Notes under the pieces: model-generated
What the model saw: only the letters and a program-made list of their open reading frames with translations
Databases searched by the model: none
Told to the model about the DNA's origin: nothing
Shown: one piece after another, positions 10,647-20,137 of the stretch
How positions within the stretch are numbered: the first letter of the stretch is position 1
Layout: every line of letters begins with the position of its first letter
Made by a program: the position numbers and the translations under genes
Origin: Candidatus Saccharimonadota bacterium
GTDB lineage: Bacteria; Pseudomonadota; Gammaproteobacteria; Enterobacterales; Enterobacteriaceae
Direction: 5' to 3'
Assembly (NCBI GenBank): GCA_045690015.1
Contig: CP145877.1
Location: 358,576 to 390,575 of the forward strand
Length of the DNA stretch: 32,000 nt

Positions 10647-11765
10647 ATGGTAGCTGAATTAGAAGCATTACGTGATAATATAGAACAGTTAGATAAAGCA
10701 TTATTGAATATAATTGTTAAAAGAATGAAATTAATAGCAAAAATAGGAGAAATTAAGCAAATATATGGATTACCTATTTACGTTCCGGAACGTGAAAAAG
10801 TAATGTTAACTAGGCGTCGTAAGGAGGCAGAACAGCTTGGAATTTCTCCCATTTTTTTTGAAGATGTTTTACGTCGTATAATATACGAATCTTATTCTAT
10901 AGAATATAAAAAAGGTTTGGCGCAGGTTTATCCGTTATTACGTCCTATCGTGATAATAGGAGGTAAAGGAAGAATGGGACAGTTTTTTCATAAGCTGCTC
11001 TGTTTATCCAATTATCAGGTTAAAATTATTGAGGAAGATGACTGGCAAAAATCCAGCGAAATCCTCTCAAATGCGGGAATGGTTATTCTTAGTGTGCCTA
11101 TTCACCTAATTAAGCAAATAATGGGACAATTGCCTAAACTTCCACAGGATTGTATTTTAGTAGATATATCCTCCGTTAAAGCTATGCCCCTACAATTGAT
11201 GTTATCTAGTCATAATGGTCCGGTGTTAGGACTACATCCTTTATTTGCTCCTGATATTGATAATCCTGTAAAACAAATAGTAATCTGGTGTAATGGTAGG
11301 AATCCAGAAGCCTATCAATGGTTTTTAAAACAACTAACCCTTTGGGGAATGCGTTTACATTGCACTACTGCTGTTAAACACGATCAAAGGATGGCAATTA
11401 TTCAAGCATTGCGACATTTTACTCATTTGGTTTATGGATTACATTTACACGAAGAAAATCTGAAAATAGAAGATGTATTAACTTTTGGAACTCCCATGTA
11501 CCGATGTGAATTATTGATGATGGGACGATTTTTCAGCCAAAACCCTAATTTGTATGCAGATATTATTATGGATTCTGATGTTAATTTAGAACTGATTAAA
11601 CGCTATTATATTCGTTTTGGACAAGCTATTAGAATTTTGGAAGCTGGAAATAAAGAAAAATTTATAGAAAATTATATTCAAATAAAACAATGGTTGGGTG
11701 AATACGCTCAGAAATTTCTTGTAAAAAGTACTTTGCTGATTAATTACTATATGAATAGAGAATAA
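10647..11765 (+). CDS. tyrA: Bifunctional chorismate mutase / prephenate dehydrogenase (T-protein)
   Basis: 372-aa ORF. MVAELEALRDNIEQLDKALLNIIVKR...GLPIYVPEREKVML...GPVLGLHPLFAPD...EAYQWFLKQL is collinear with E. coli TyrA (373 aa) from the first residue. Confidence 0.96.
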   Translation: MVAELEALRDNIEQLDKALLNIIVKRMKLIAKIGEIKQIYGLPIYVPEREKVMLTRRRKEAEQLGISPIFFEDVLRRIIYESYSIEYKKGLAQVYPLLRPIVIIGGKGRMGQFFHKLLCLSNYQVKIIEEDDWQKSSEILSNAGMVILSVPIHLIKQIMGQLPKLPQDCILVDISSVKAMPLQLMLSSHNGPVLGLHPLFAPDIDNPVKQIVIWCNGRNPEAYQWFLKQLTLWGMRLHCTTAVKHDQRMAIIQALRHFTHLVYGLHLHEENLKIEDVLTFGTPMYRCELLMMGRFFSQNPNLYADIIMDSDVNLELIKRYYIRFGQAIRILEAGNKEKFIENYIQIKQWLGEYAQKFLVKSTLLINYYMNRE

Positions 11766-11875
11766 AATTCTCGTTGTATTTAAAAATTCCAATTACTAAT
11801 ACTCATTTTATTTGAATGTATAATTTTTTATAAAATAAAGCGTGAATAATTTACTTATTTAACAAGTCACTTAAA

Positions 11876-12550
11876 TTAAGCAGGTTGTTTTAATTTCATT
11901 TTTTGATAAGTTCTTTTAACCATAGATAATGCTATCTGGGTTGATTTAGTCTGAGGATAATCTCGTATCATTTTCTCAATGCGATGAATTACTGCTATAT
12001 ACTCTCCGTGGCGTAAATAAAATTTTGCTATTAGTAAATCATAATTGGCTAAACGTTCTTGTAAAGCAACAAGATGTTTTCTAGCATCAGTTACATATTT
12101 ACTTTCTGGATAACTAAGGATTATTTGAGAAAAATCATGGAAAGCAGATAGAGCATATTCCGAATTACAATTCGATAAATTTAATCTAAATAATTTTCTC
12201 CAAAAATATTGATCTAATTTAATATATATTAAACCACGCATATATAAAACATAATCCAGATTGGATTGATTAGGATAAAGTGATGTATATTGTTGAATAA
12301 TTTTTTCTACATTTGATAATTTACCCCGTTTGTAATATATATAAATTAAATTCAACTGATCTTGTTGATAATCAAATGAAAAAGCATCTTTGCTACTACT
12401 TGAAGTTTCCCTTTTCTTTAAAGATTTAAAAAGAAGGTGATGATTTATAATCATTGCAAAAAAATTATTTGGATTATTAATTATCGAATAATTTCGTAAT
12501 GCAAACGTTAAAATCATTAAAATTATTAAATATTGAGATTTTAGGTACAT
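11876..12550 (-). CDS. bamD: Outer-membrane assembly factor BamD (YfiO), N-terminus divergent
   Basis: The C-terminal 160 aa (QLNLIYIYYK...NLDYVLYMRGL...SYPESKYVTDARKHLVALQERLANYDLLIAKFYLRHGEYIAVIHRIEKMIRDYPQT) align to E. coli BamD. I use ATG 12550 (MYLKSQYLIILMILTFAL..., 224 aa). The 278-aa ORF-track version would overlap the rluD start and adds no homologous sequence. Confidence 0.85.
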   Translation of the reverse strand: MYLKSQYLIILMILTFALRNYSIINNPNNFFAMIINHHLLFKSLKKRETSSSSKDAFSFDYQQDQLNLIYIYYKRGKLSNVEKIIQQYTSLYPNQSNLDYVLYMRGLIYIKLDQYFWRKLFRLNLSNCNSEYALSAFHDFSQIILSYPESKYVTDARKHLVALQERLANYDLLIAKFYLRHGEYIAVIHRIEKMIRDYPQTKSTQIALSMVKRTYQKMKLKQPA

Positions 12551-12658
12551 AAATCTATTAAAAAACGTATAACGTAAGGATAATTTTGAATATCTTGGAT
12601 AAGATGGAATCTTAATGGGATTTTTTATAAAAAATTTAATAGTAATTAATGTAATACA

Positions 12659-13636
12659 ATGCCATCTAAAAATCAACTTATATCGATAATATCTGAAAAA
12701 CAAATAGGACAACGATTAGATAAAGCTTTAGTACAACTATTTCCCAAATACTCTCGTTCTTATTTAAAAAAATTAATTTTAGGTAAACATGTATTATTAG
12801 ATAGCGAGATTTTCGATAAACCAAAAACCAAAATTAAAAAGATTGCATCAATTATCATTAATGTACCAATAGACAATGCAGATGTTTTTAAAGCCCAACC
12901 AATGGATTTAAATATAATTTACGAAGATAATGATATATTAATTTTAAATAAACCTATGAATTTAGTAGTGCATCCTGGAGCTGGTAATTATAACCAAACG
13001 TTGCTAAATGGTTTACTGTACTATTATCCAAAAATAGCTAATGTACCTAGAGGAGGAATAGTTCATCGTTTAGATAAAAATACCACTGGTTTAATGATTA
13101 TAGCTAAAACACCCATGGTTCAGCAATTTTTAGTTGAATCTCTAAAACACCGTAAAATTATTCGTCAATATGAGGCGATTGCAATAGGAGTCATAAGATC
13201 ATCAGAAGGATGTATAAATCAATCAATTAGTCGTCACCCTAAAAAACGCACTATAATGACAATTAATCCTTTAGGAGGAAAATCTGCTATAACTTATTAC
13301 CGTGTAATAGAACGGTTTAAAGCGCATACACATATTTCTTTACAATTACAAACGGGAAGAACCCATCAGATACGGGTACATCTGGCATATATTAATCATC
13401 CTATTGTAGGTGATAAGTCTTATACGGGATCTAAAAAACTACATCAACTTCCTTCAGATCTTTCTGTAGATTTAGTATGTAAATTAAAATCTTTCAACCG
13501 TCAGGCTTTACATGCTTCATTTTTAAGTTTTTATCATCCGATTCGTGGAATATATATGCAATATCAAGTACCATTACCTAAAGATATGTTGGATTTAATT
13601 TCTGCCTTACGTAATGACCTAAATTCAGTAAAATAA
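12659..13636 (+). CDS. rluD: 23S rRNA pseudouridine synthase D
   Basis: 325-aa ORF. GQRLDKALVQLFPKYSRS, HPGAGN, GIVHRLDKNTTGLMIIAKT, GRTHQIRVHLAYINHPIVGD and FNRQALHASFLSFYHP match E. coli RluD. It is divergent from bamD as in E. coli. Confidence 0.96.
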   Translation: MPSKNQLISIISEKQIGQRLDKALVQLFPKYSRSYLKKLILGKHVLLDSEIFDKPKTKIKKIASIIINVPIDNADVFKAQPMDLNIIYEDNDILILNKPMNLVVHPGAGNYNQTLLNGLLYYYPKIANVPRGGIVHRLDKNTTGLMIIAKTPMVQQFLVESLKHRKIIRQYEAIAIGVIRSSEGCINQSISRHPKKRTIMTINPLGGKSAITYYRVIERFKAHTHISLQLQTGRTHQIRVHLAYINHPIVGDKSYTGSKKLHQLPSDLSVDLVCKLKSFNRQALHASFLSFYHPIRGIYMQYQVPLPKDMLDLISALRNDLNSVK

Positions 13637-13889
13637 AATTTTATGATTAAAATCACCTCTATAGGAGTAAAATAGAAATATTCATTTATTGAAAATATCT
13701 TAAAATTTCTGGTGATAAGAATAAGAGTTCTAATAAGATAAATTCACATCCAAATAAGATTTTTATGTGAATTACTCTTATTACCTATAATTAATAAATA
13801 TGGATTTTTAACATATAGATTAAAATATCTAGGAATAAATAACAAGAGCCTTAATCAGGCTATTAAAAAAATTACGTGGGAAGAAAATA

Positions 13890-16022
13890 GTGAATAGCAT
13901 AGAAGAAGACCAAGACCAGCGTCAGGTTTTAAAAATATATACTATAGATATTACTGAACGCGCCGAAAAAGGAAAATTAGATCCAGTAATTGGACGTGAT
14001 GAGGAAATCCGTCGTACTATTCAAGTTTTACAACGTCGCACTAAAAATAATCCCGTATTAATTGGTGAACCCGGAGTCGGAAAAACAGCAATTATTGAGG
14101 GATTAGCTCAAAGAATTGTAAATAATGAGGTACCAGAAGGATTAAAAGGAAAAAGAGTATTAGCGTTAGATATCGGAACATTATTAGCAGGTGCCAAATA
14201 TAGAGGAGAATTCGAAGAGCGTTTAAAATTAGTTTTAAAAAATCTTGGGGAACAGGAAGGTAATGTTATTTTATTCATTGATGAATTACATACTATGGTA
14301 GGAGCAGGAAGAACAGATGGTGCTATAGATGCTGGTAATATGCTCAAACCTGCTTTAGCGCGTGGAGAATTACATTGTGTTGGAGCAACTACCTTCGATG
14401 AATATCGTCAATATATTGAAAAAGATGCAGCATTAGAACGAAGATTTCAACGAATCTTTATTGATGAACCGACAGTAGAAGATACTATAGCTATCTTACG
14501 AGGATTAAAAGAGCGTTATGAATTACATCATCACGTTCAAATTACTGATCCTGCCATCATAGCAGCAGTAACATTATCTCACCGTTATATACCGAATAGG
14601 AAATTACCCGATAAGGCTATTGATTTAATTGATGAAGCGGCCTCAAGTATACGTTTACAAATAGATTCTAAGCCAGAATCATTAGATCGTTTAGAGCGTC
14701 GTATTATACAATTAAAAGTTGAACAACAAGCGTTGAAAAAAGAAACTGATCCAGCGAGTATTAAACGTCTTGAAGGTATTACTGCAGATATTACATCATG
14801 CGAAAAAAAATATATCCAATTGGAAGAAGACTGGAAAAAAGAAAAACAAATCTTATCTAAGATACAAGCGATTAAAAGTAAATTAGATCAAACTAAAATA
14901 TTACTCGAACAAGCACGGAGATCAGCGGATCTAACACGAATGTCGGAACTCCAATATGGAACAATTCCAGAATTGGAAAAGCAATTAATTGTTGCTAGCA
15001 AATTTTATGAAAATTCTAGGCATTTGTTACGTAATCGAGTAACTGATATGGAAATAGCTGATATTTTGTCCCGTTCGACCGGTATTCCTGTATCTCGTAT
15101 GATGCAAGGAGAGCGGGAAAAATTATTACGTATAGAACAAGCATTACAGGCAAGAGTTATTGGACAACAAGAAGCTATAGAAGCAGTATCCAATGCACTT
15201 CGTCGTAATCGGGTAGGTTTATCAGATATCAATCAGCCAATTGGTTCTTTTTTATTTATTGGACCTACCGGTGTTGGGAAAACGGAACTTGCTAAAGCAT
15301 TAGCTAATTTTATGTTTGATAGTGATAATGCTATGATCCGTATTGATATGTCAGAATTTATGGAAAAACATAGTGTATCTCGTTTAGTTGGTGCTCCACC
15401 CGGTTATGTAGGTTATGAACAAGGAGGTTACTTAACAGAAATTGTTAGACACCGTCCTTATTCCGTCATTTTACTAGATGAGCTAGAAAAAGCGCATCTT
15501 GAAATTTTTAATATTTTACTTCAAGTATTAGATGATGGTCGCTTAACTGACAGTCAAGGAAGAACAGTAGATTTTCGAAATACTATTATTATTATGACTT
15601 CTAATTTAGGTTCAGACATTCTTCAAGATAATTTGAAACAATTAAATCACCAAAAAATGAAGGACATAATTTTTAATGTAGTTCATCAATACTTTCGTCC
15701 AGAGTTTATTAATCGCATTACTGAAATAGTAGTATTTCATCCGTTAGAAAAAAAGCATCTGGATGCCATAGTCAAAATTCAATTACAAAAACTAAATCGA
15801 CGGTTAGAAGAACAAGGTTATCAAATTGATATTTCTAATAATGTATTAGAATTTTTAGTCGAAAAAGGTTATAATCCTTTATATGGAGCAAGACCTTTAA
15901 AGAAAATCATTCAAAATCACATTGAAAATATTTTAGCTAGAGATATATTGGCTGGAAAAATTACCATAGGTCAACATATAAAAATGAATTATATAGATGG
16001 TAAAATAATTTATTCGTCTTAA
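13890..16022 (+). CDS. clpB: Chaperone/disaggregase ClpB, short (N-domain-less) form only
   Basis: 710-aa ORF starting at GTG 13890. (V)[41 protein letters not shown] aligns to E. coli ClpB from Val149 ([41 protein letters not shown]). Both AAA+ modules ([18 protein letters not shown]) and the middle coiled coil are present. There is no N-terminal domain. Confidence 0.93.
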   Translation: MNSIEEDQDQRQVLKIYTIDITERAEKGKLDPVIGRDEEIRRTIQVLQRRTKNNPVLIGEPGVGKTAIIEGLAQRIVNNEVPEGLKGKRVLALDIGTLLAGAKYRGEFEERLKLVLKNLGEQEGNVILFIDELHTMVGAGRTDGAIDAGNMLKPALARGELHCVGATTFDEYRQYIEKDAALERRFQRIFIDEPTVEDTIAILRGLKERYELHHHVQITDPAIIAAVTLSHRYIPNRKLPDKAIDLIDEAASSIRLQIDSKPESLDRLERRIIQLKVEQQALKKETDPASIKRLEGITADITSCEKKYIQLEEDWKKEKQILSKIQAIKSKLDQTKILLEQARRSADLTRMSELQYGTIPELEKQLIVASKFYENSRHLLRNRVTDMEIADILSRSTGIPVSRMMQGEREKLLRIEQALQARVIGQQEAIEAVSNALRRNRVGLSDINQPIGSFLFIGPTGVGKTELAKALANFMFDSDNAMIRIDMSEFMEKHSVSRLVGAPPGYVGYEQGGYLTEIVRHRPYSVILLDELEKAHLEIFNILLQVLDDGRLTDSQGRTVDFRNTIIIMTSNLGSDILQDNLKQLNHQKMKDIIFNVVHQYFRPEFINRITEIVVFHPLEKKHLDAIVKIQLQKLNRRLEEQGYQIDISNNVLEFLVEKGYNPLYGARPLKKIIQNHIENILARDILAGKITIGQHIKMNYIDGKIIYSS

Positions 16023-16038
16023 CTTAAATACGAATAAC

Positions 16039-16515
16039 TTAGGATTTAGGAAGAGAACATATATATCCCGTATCATTAAATTTAGGTGATTTAGCAGCAT
16101 TTCGAGCTAATTCATCACAACGCTCATTCTCAGGATTCCCTGAATGTCCTTTTATCCAATTCCATTGGATATTATGATGATTGATAGTTTTATAAAGACG
16201 TTGCCATAAATCTAGGTTTTTTACGGGATGTTTATTATATGTAAGCCAATTACTATCTTTCCAATGGTGAATCCAAGATTTTATTCCTAGTTGTACATAT
16301 CTACTATCAGTAGTGATTTGCACTATACATGGTTCTTTTAACAACTCTAATGCCACAATGACAGCTATAAGTTCCATCCGATTATTTGTAGTTAAATAAA
16401 ATCCGGAGCTTAGTGACTTTTTATATTTTCCATAATATAATATTATACCATACCCACCGGGTCCGGGATTTCCTAAGCAAGAACCATCTGTAAAAATGTT
16501 TACTGTTTTATACAT
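16039..16515 (-). CDS. rnhA: Ribonuclease HI
   Basis: 158-aa [20 protein letters not shown]...[16 protein letters not shown]...[17 protein letters not shown] matches E. coli RNase HI. It is divergent from dnaQ as in E. coli. Confidence 0.96.
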   Translation of the reverse strand: MYKTVNIFTDGSCLGNPGPGGYGIILYYGKYKKSLSSGFYLTTNNRMELIAVIVALELLKEPCIVQITTDSRYVQLGIKSWIHHWKDSNWLTYNKHPVKNLDLWQRLYKTINHHNIQWNWIKGHSGNPENERCDELARNAAKSPKFNDTGYICSLPKS

Positions 16516-16534
16516 TTAATGTTAATTATAAGTT

Positions 16535-17251
16535 ATGAAAAAATTGATCACAAGAAAAATTGTATTAGATCTTGAAACTACAGGTATAAATAAATTTGGT
16601 AGATGTTATGAAGGACACCGAATCATAGAGATTGGTGCCATTGAAATATCTTCTAGACATTTTACGGGAAATAACTTTCATACTTATTTAAACCCAAATC
16701 GCTTAATAGATCCTATGGCACTGTCTATTCATGGAATTACTGAAGATTTTTTATTAGATAAGCCTTTTTTTAATCAAATTGCAGACAAATTTTTAAATTA
16801 TATCCAAGGAGCAGAACTAATCATACATAATGCTTCTTTTGATATTGGTTTCATCAATTATGAATTTCAGATGTTAAATCGTAATATTCCAAAAATTGAG
16901 TCATTATGTCGGATTACGGATACACTATCATTAGCTCGAAAGTTATTTCCCGGAAAACGAAACAGTCTGGATGCGCTGTGTAGTAGATATAAAATTAATC
17001 ATAAGCAACGAAGATTCAAACATGGTGCTCTATTAGATGCTGAAATTTTAGCTGATATTTATTTAGCTATGACAGGTGAACAAATATCATTTATATTTGG
17101 TAATAGTAATTACTTTAGTGAAAGTTCACAAAAATCATCTCCTATACGTATTGTTAAAGCTAGTAAGGAAGAAAATATTTTTCATGAGGAATATTTAACT
17201 CTTATGACAAAAACAACTGGTATTTGTTTATGGCGAACGCAAACCTTATGA
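16535..17251 (+). CDS. dnaQ: DNA polymerase III epsilon subunit (3'-5' proofreading exonuclease)
   Basis: 238-aa ORF with Exo motifs [20 protein letters not shown] and [19 protein letters not shown]. Confidence 0.95.
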   Translation: MKKLITRKIVLDLETTGINKFGRCYEGHRIIEIGAIEISSRHFTGNNFHTYLNPNRLIDPMALSIHGITEDFLLDKPFFNQIADKFLNYIQGAELIIHNASFDIGFINYEFQMLNRNIPKIESLCRITDTLSLARKLFPGKRNSLDALCSRYKINHKQRRFKHGALLDAEILADIYLAMTGEQISFIFGNSNYFSESSQKSSPIRIVKASKEENIFHEEYLTLMTKTTGICLWRTQTL

Positions 17252-17715
17252 TTAAAAAATCTAAATATATTGTTACTTGGGAAATGTTATTAATTCACAC
17301 ACGAAATTTAGCGGAATTACTTCTCCCTGCTAAACAATGGATAGGTATTATTGCTGTTAGTAGAGGAGGATTAATTCCCGCATGTTTATTAGCTAGAGAA
17401 TTAAATATTAGATATGTTGATACCCTTTGCATTTCCAGTTATAATCATGACATACAAAATGATATAACATTGATTAAATATGATCGTACTCATAATGGCC
17501 AGGATTATATTATAGTTGATGATCTTGTAGATACTGGTAATACTATAAAAGCTATTCGTAGTATCTATCCTAATGGCTATTTAGTAACAATTTTTGCTAA
17601 ATCCAATGCTAAATCTTTAGTAGATAAATATGTTATTGAAATACCTCAAAACACTTGGATAGAACAACCTTGGGATATGGGAATGGTATATATTCCTCCT
17701 TTAGTTAATAGTTAA
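17248..17715 (+). CDS. gpt: Xanthine-guanine phosphoribosyltransferase
   Basis: Homology to E. coli Gpt (MSEKYIVTWDMLQIH...) begins at [17 protein letters not shown], so I use ATG 17248. This overlaps the dnaQ TGA as ATGA; the ORF-track start at TTG 17224 is less likely. [22 protein letters not shown] and [10 protein letters not shown] are conserved. Confidence 0.9.
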   Translation: MIKKSKYIVTWEMLLIHTRNLAELLLPAKQWIGIIAVSRGGLIPACLLARELNIRYVDTLCISSYNHDIQNDITLIKYDRTHNGQDYIIVDDLVDTGNTIKAIRSIYPNGYLVTIFAKSNAKSLVDKYVIEIPQNTWIEQPWDMGMVYIPPLVNS

Positions 17716-17767
17716 CTCATCAAGAATTTTAATATATTCACATTAAGTAATATAATTTATAATTGCT

Positions 17768-17795
17768 CTTGAAAAATTACAGATAATCCTTATTA
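17768..17795 (+). promoter_or_regulatory. sigma32 (heat-shock) promoter upstream of ibpA
   Basis: CTTGAAA (17768-17774), a 13-nt spacer aattacagataat, then CCTTATTA (17788-17795), against the consensus CTTGAAA-N13-14-CCCCATNT. It would give a leader of about 115 nt, comparable to the long ibpA leader of E. coli. Confidence 0.55.
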
Positions 17796-17812
17796 AAGAA
17801 TAAAATATTTCA

Positions 17813-17917
17813 GGTGCTTCATTTACTAAAGCGGAAATTAACCGCTATACTTAGTTACTCAGGCAGTGAGATAAAAGAAGCATCATATCATAATTATTTT
17901 AATAACTAAGGAGGTCT
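17813..17917 (+). promoter_or_regulatory. Structured ibpA 5' leader (candidate RNA thermometer)
   Basis: An 8-bp closing helix GGTGCTTC (17813-17820) / GAAGCATC (17877-17884, one G-U pair) encloses hairpins AGCGG-aaattaa-CCGCT (17830-17846) and CTCA-ggcag-TGAG (17858-17870). Downstream, a UUUU run (17897-17900) can pair with AAGG of the Shine-Dalgarno AAGGAGG (17908-17914). Confidence 0.35.
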
Positions 17918-18442
17918 ATGATGACTTATCGTTCTTTTTCATTAATTCCTGGAATTACAGATAATCTTTTTTCTGATCGTTTTGATCGGATGGATCGATT
18001 ATTTAGCAGGTTAACAGGAGATGTTCCTTTATCTGATTCTCCTTGTTATAATCTTATTCAGATGGATGAAAATCATTATAGTCTTACAGTGAGTGTCCCT
18101 GGATATAAAGAAAAAGAGTTAGATATTACATTACAAAATGGACAACTTACTATTACTGGTAAACATGACTGTAAAGATAAAGGAAAAATGAAGGAAGATA
18201 GAAAGAATGTTAAGTGGTTACACAAGGGAATTTCTTGTGACGAATTTAGCCTTAGTTTTAATCTTCATAATAGGGTGAAAGTACAAAGTGCTCTTTTAGA
18301 GAATGGATTATTAAAACTTGAATTGGAATATGAAATTCCTGAAGAACATAAACCACAGAAGATAACTATTGAAAATAAAGTTGATAGTAATAGTAATAAC
18401 CGAATTATGAAACATGAGCAAGGATTGATCAATAACAAATAA
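17918..18442 (+). CDS. ibpA: Small heat-shock protein IbpA family (alpha-crystallin domain) with C-terminal extension
   Basis: 174-aa ORF. YNLIQMDENHYSLTVSVPGYKEKELDITLQNGQLTITGK...NGLLKLELEYEIPEEHKPQKITI parallels E. coli IbpA ([38 protein letters not shown]...[23 protein letters not shown]). A strong SD AAGGAGG is present; the second ATG (17921) has the better spacing and may be the true start. Confidence 0.93.
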   Translation: MMTYRSFSLIPGITDNLFSDRFDRMDRLFSRLTGDVPLSDSPCYNLIQMDENHYSLTVSVPGYKEKELDITLQNGQLTITGKHDCKDKGKMKEDRKNVKWLHKGISCDEFSLSFNLHNRVKVQSALLENGLLKLELEYEIPEEHKPQKITIENKVDSNSNNRIMKHEQGLINNK

Positions 18443-18460
18443 TTATTATTCATAACAAAT

Positions 18461-18481
18461 ATAACCCCAGCTTGGGGTTAT
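18461..18481. terminator. Bidirectional hairpin between convergent ibpA and metG
   Basis: Perfect 9-bp stem ATAACCCCA (18461-18469) / TGGGGTTAT (18473-18481) with a 3-nt loop, flanked by A/T-rich sequence. It occupies the 42-bp gap between the two stop codons. Confidence 0.6.
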
Positions 18482-18484
18482 ATT

Positions 18485-20137
18485 TCAATTATCTTTTTTT
18501 ATAGATTCTAACATTGCCTGAATATTTTGATGATTTATCCGATTATAAATATTCTTAAATACAGAAATTTTATGATTTAATAATGGAATATTGATTTCAT
18601 TCCACTCTAATTTACAATTTAAAAATCTTTCTGAACGTTCAGTAATAGTAGGAATAATTGGTTTAAGAAATGTCATTAATATTCTAAATAAATTTAATGC
18701 CATAGTACATATAGACTGCAAATCGCTTTTCTTATTTTCCTGATTAACTAATAACCATGGTTTTTTTTGGTTTATATAACTATTAGCTAGATCTGCGAGA
18801 AAAATAATTTGTTTGATAGCTTGACTAAATTCACGATTAAAAAAAGCATTTTCTATCGGTATTGAGGTTTTGAGAAAAAGTTCATATAATTCTGGTTTTT
18901 CTAAATTACTACCCAACCAACTTGAAAAATATTTATTAATAAAACTTGCAGATCTAGCTGCTAAATTAACTATTTTATTAACAATATCGGAGTTTACGCG
19001 TTGTATAAAATCTTGGAAATTTAGATCTATATCTTCTATGCTAGAAGATAATTTAGTAGAATAATAATAACGCAAGCTATCAGCATCTAAAAATTCTAAC
19101 CAAGTACTGGCTTTAATAAAAGTATTTCTAGATTTAGACATTTTGATGCCATTGACGGTTACATATCCATGTACAAAAATCTTAGTTGGTTTACGAAATC
19201 CACTTCCCTCTAGTATGGCTGGCCAAAATAAACCATGAAAATAAATAATATCTTTTCCTATAAAATGACATAAGTTAACTGTAGAGTTAGGTTTCCAAAA
19301 ATCATTGAAACATATATCTTTTCTTTTATCACATAAATTTTTAAAAGTACTTATATAAGCAATAGGTGCATCTAGCCAAACATAAAAATATTTCCCAATA
19401 TTATCAGGAATTTCAAATCCAAAATATGGAGCATCACGAGATATATTCCATGGGTGAAGACCAACCTCAAACCATTCTTGTAATTTATTAACCACTTGTT
19501 CTGATAAACAACCCGATCTAATCCAGGATTTTAACATTTTAGTAAATAATGGAAGATCGAAAAATAAATGTTCTGAACTACGTAGAATGGGGACAGTTCC
19601 TGTAATTACGGATTTTGCATTAATTAAGTCTGTCGGATTATAGATTGATCCACACATTTCACAATTATCTCCATATTGTTCTGAGGCTTTACAAATAGGA
19701 CAATAACCTTTAACAAAGCGATCAGGCAGAAACATTTTTATTTCTGCATCATATAATTGATTTAATAGGTGTTTTTTAATAAAACCTTGTTGTTGTAGTT
19801 TATGGTAAATAATTGTTAAAAACTCATAATTATCTTTAGTATGTGTTGTATGATAGTTATCATAGCTAATATTGAATGCTAAAAGATCTTTTTTATGTTC
19901 TTTATATATTTTTTTAATCATGTCTTCAGGATCTAAACCATATTCTTGTGCCTTTAATAATATTGGAGTTCCATGTGCATCATCAGCACAAATAAAAAAA
20001 ATTTTATGGCCTCGCATTTTTTGATAACGTACCCAAATATCCGCCTGAATATGTTCAAGCATGTGTCCTATATGAATAGAACCATTAGCATAGGGTAAGG
20101 CACATGTTACTAGAAAAGTTTTTTTATGATTACTCAT
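18485..20137 (-). CDS. metG: Methionyl-tRNA synthetase, core enzyme without the C-terminal tRNA-binding/dimerisation domain
   Basis: 550-aa [35 protein letters not shown] (HIGH motif), the zinc knuckle [19 protein letters not shown] and the KMSKS motif are all present. It ends near the position where the E. coli 677-aa protein begins its appended C-terminal domain. Confidence 0.95.
   Translation of the reverse strand: MSNHKKTFLVTCALPYANGSIHIGHMLEHIQADIWVRYQKMRGHKIFFICADDAHGTPILLKAQEYGLDPEDMIKKIYKEHKKDLLAFNISYDNYHTTHTKDNYEFLTIIYHKLQQQGFIKKHLLNQLYDAEIKMFLPDRFVKGYCPICKASEQYGDNCEMCGSIYNPTDLINAKSVITGTVPILRSSEHLFFDLPLFTKMLKSWIRSGCLSEQVVNKLQEWFEVGLHPWNISRDAPYFGFEIPDNIGKYFYVWLDAPIAYISTFKNLCDKRKDICFNDFWKPNSTVNLCHFIGKDIIYFHGLFWPAILEGSGFRKPTKIFVHGYVTVNGIKMSKSRNTFIKASTWLEFLDADSLRYYYSTKLSSSIEDIDLNFQDFIQRVNSDIVNKIVNLAARSASFINKYFSSWLGSNLEKPELYELFLKTSIPIENAFFNREFSQAIKQIIFLADLANSYINQKKPWLLVNQENKKSDLQSICTMALNLFRILMTFLKPIIPTITERSERFLNCKLEWNEINIPLLNHKISVFKNIYNRINHQNIQAMLESIKKDN

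Noticed and set aside
11586-11792. 68-aa minus-strand ORF opposite the 3' end of tyrA
   Set aside because: It is antisense to conserved tyrA, with no similarity to anything I recognise (in particular not raiA or pheL).
12551-12712. 54-codon N-terminal extension of bamD overlapping the rluD start
   Set aside because: It has no similarity to BamD, would create a 54-bp head-to-head coding overlap with rluD, and its single Cys is not in a lipobox context. The ATG at 12550 fits the E. coli alignment.
13690-13724. TTGAAA at 13690-13695 as the -35 of a sigma32 promoter for clpB
   Set aside because: No CCCCAT-like -10 follows at 13-15 nt (the sequence is TCTGGTGA), so it is indistinguishable from chance in AT-rich DNA.
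14108-15232. Antisense ORFs 14108-14347 and 15005-15232 inside clpB
   Set aside because: They are antisense to a highly conserved AAA+ gene and have no motifs.
18265-19064. ORFs 18265-18453 (-) and 18870-19064 (+), antisense to ibpA and metG
   Set aside because: They are antisense to conserved genes, short, and low-complexity.
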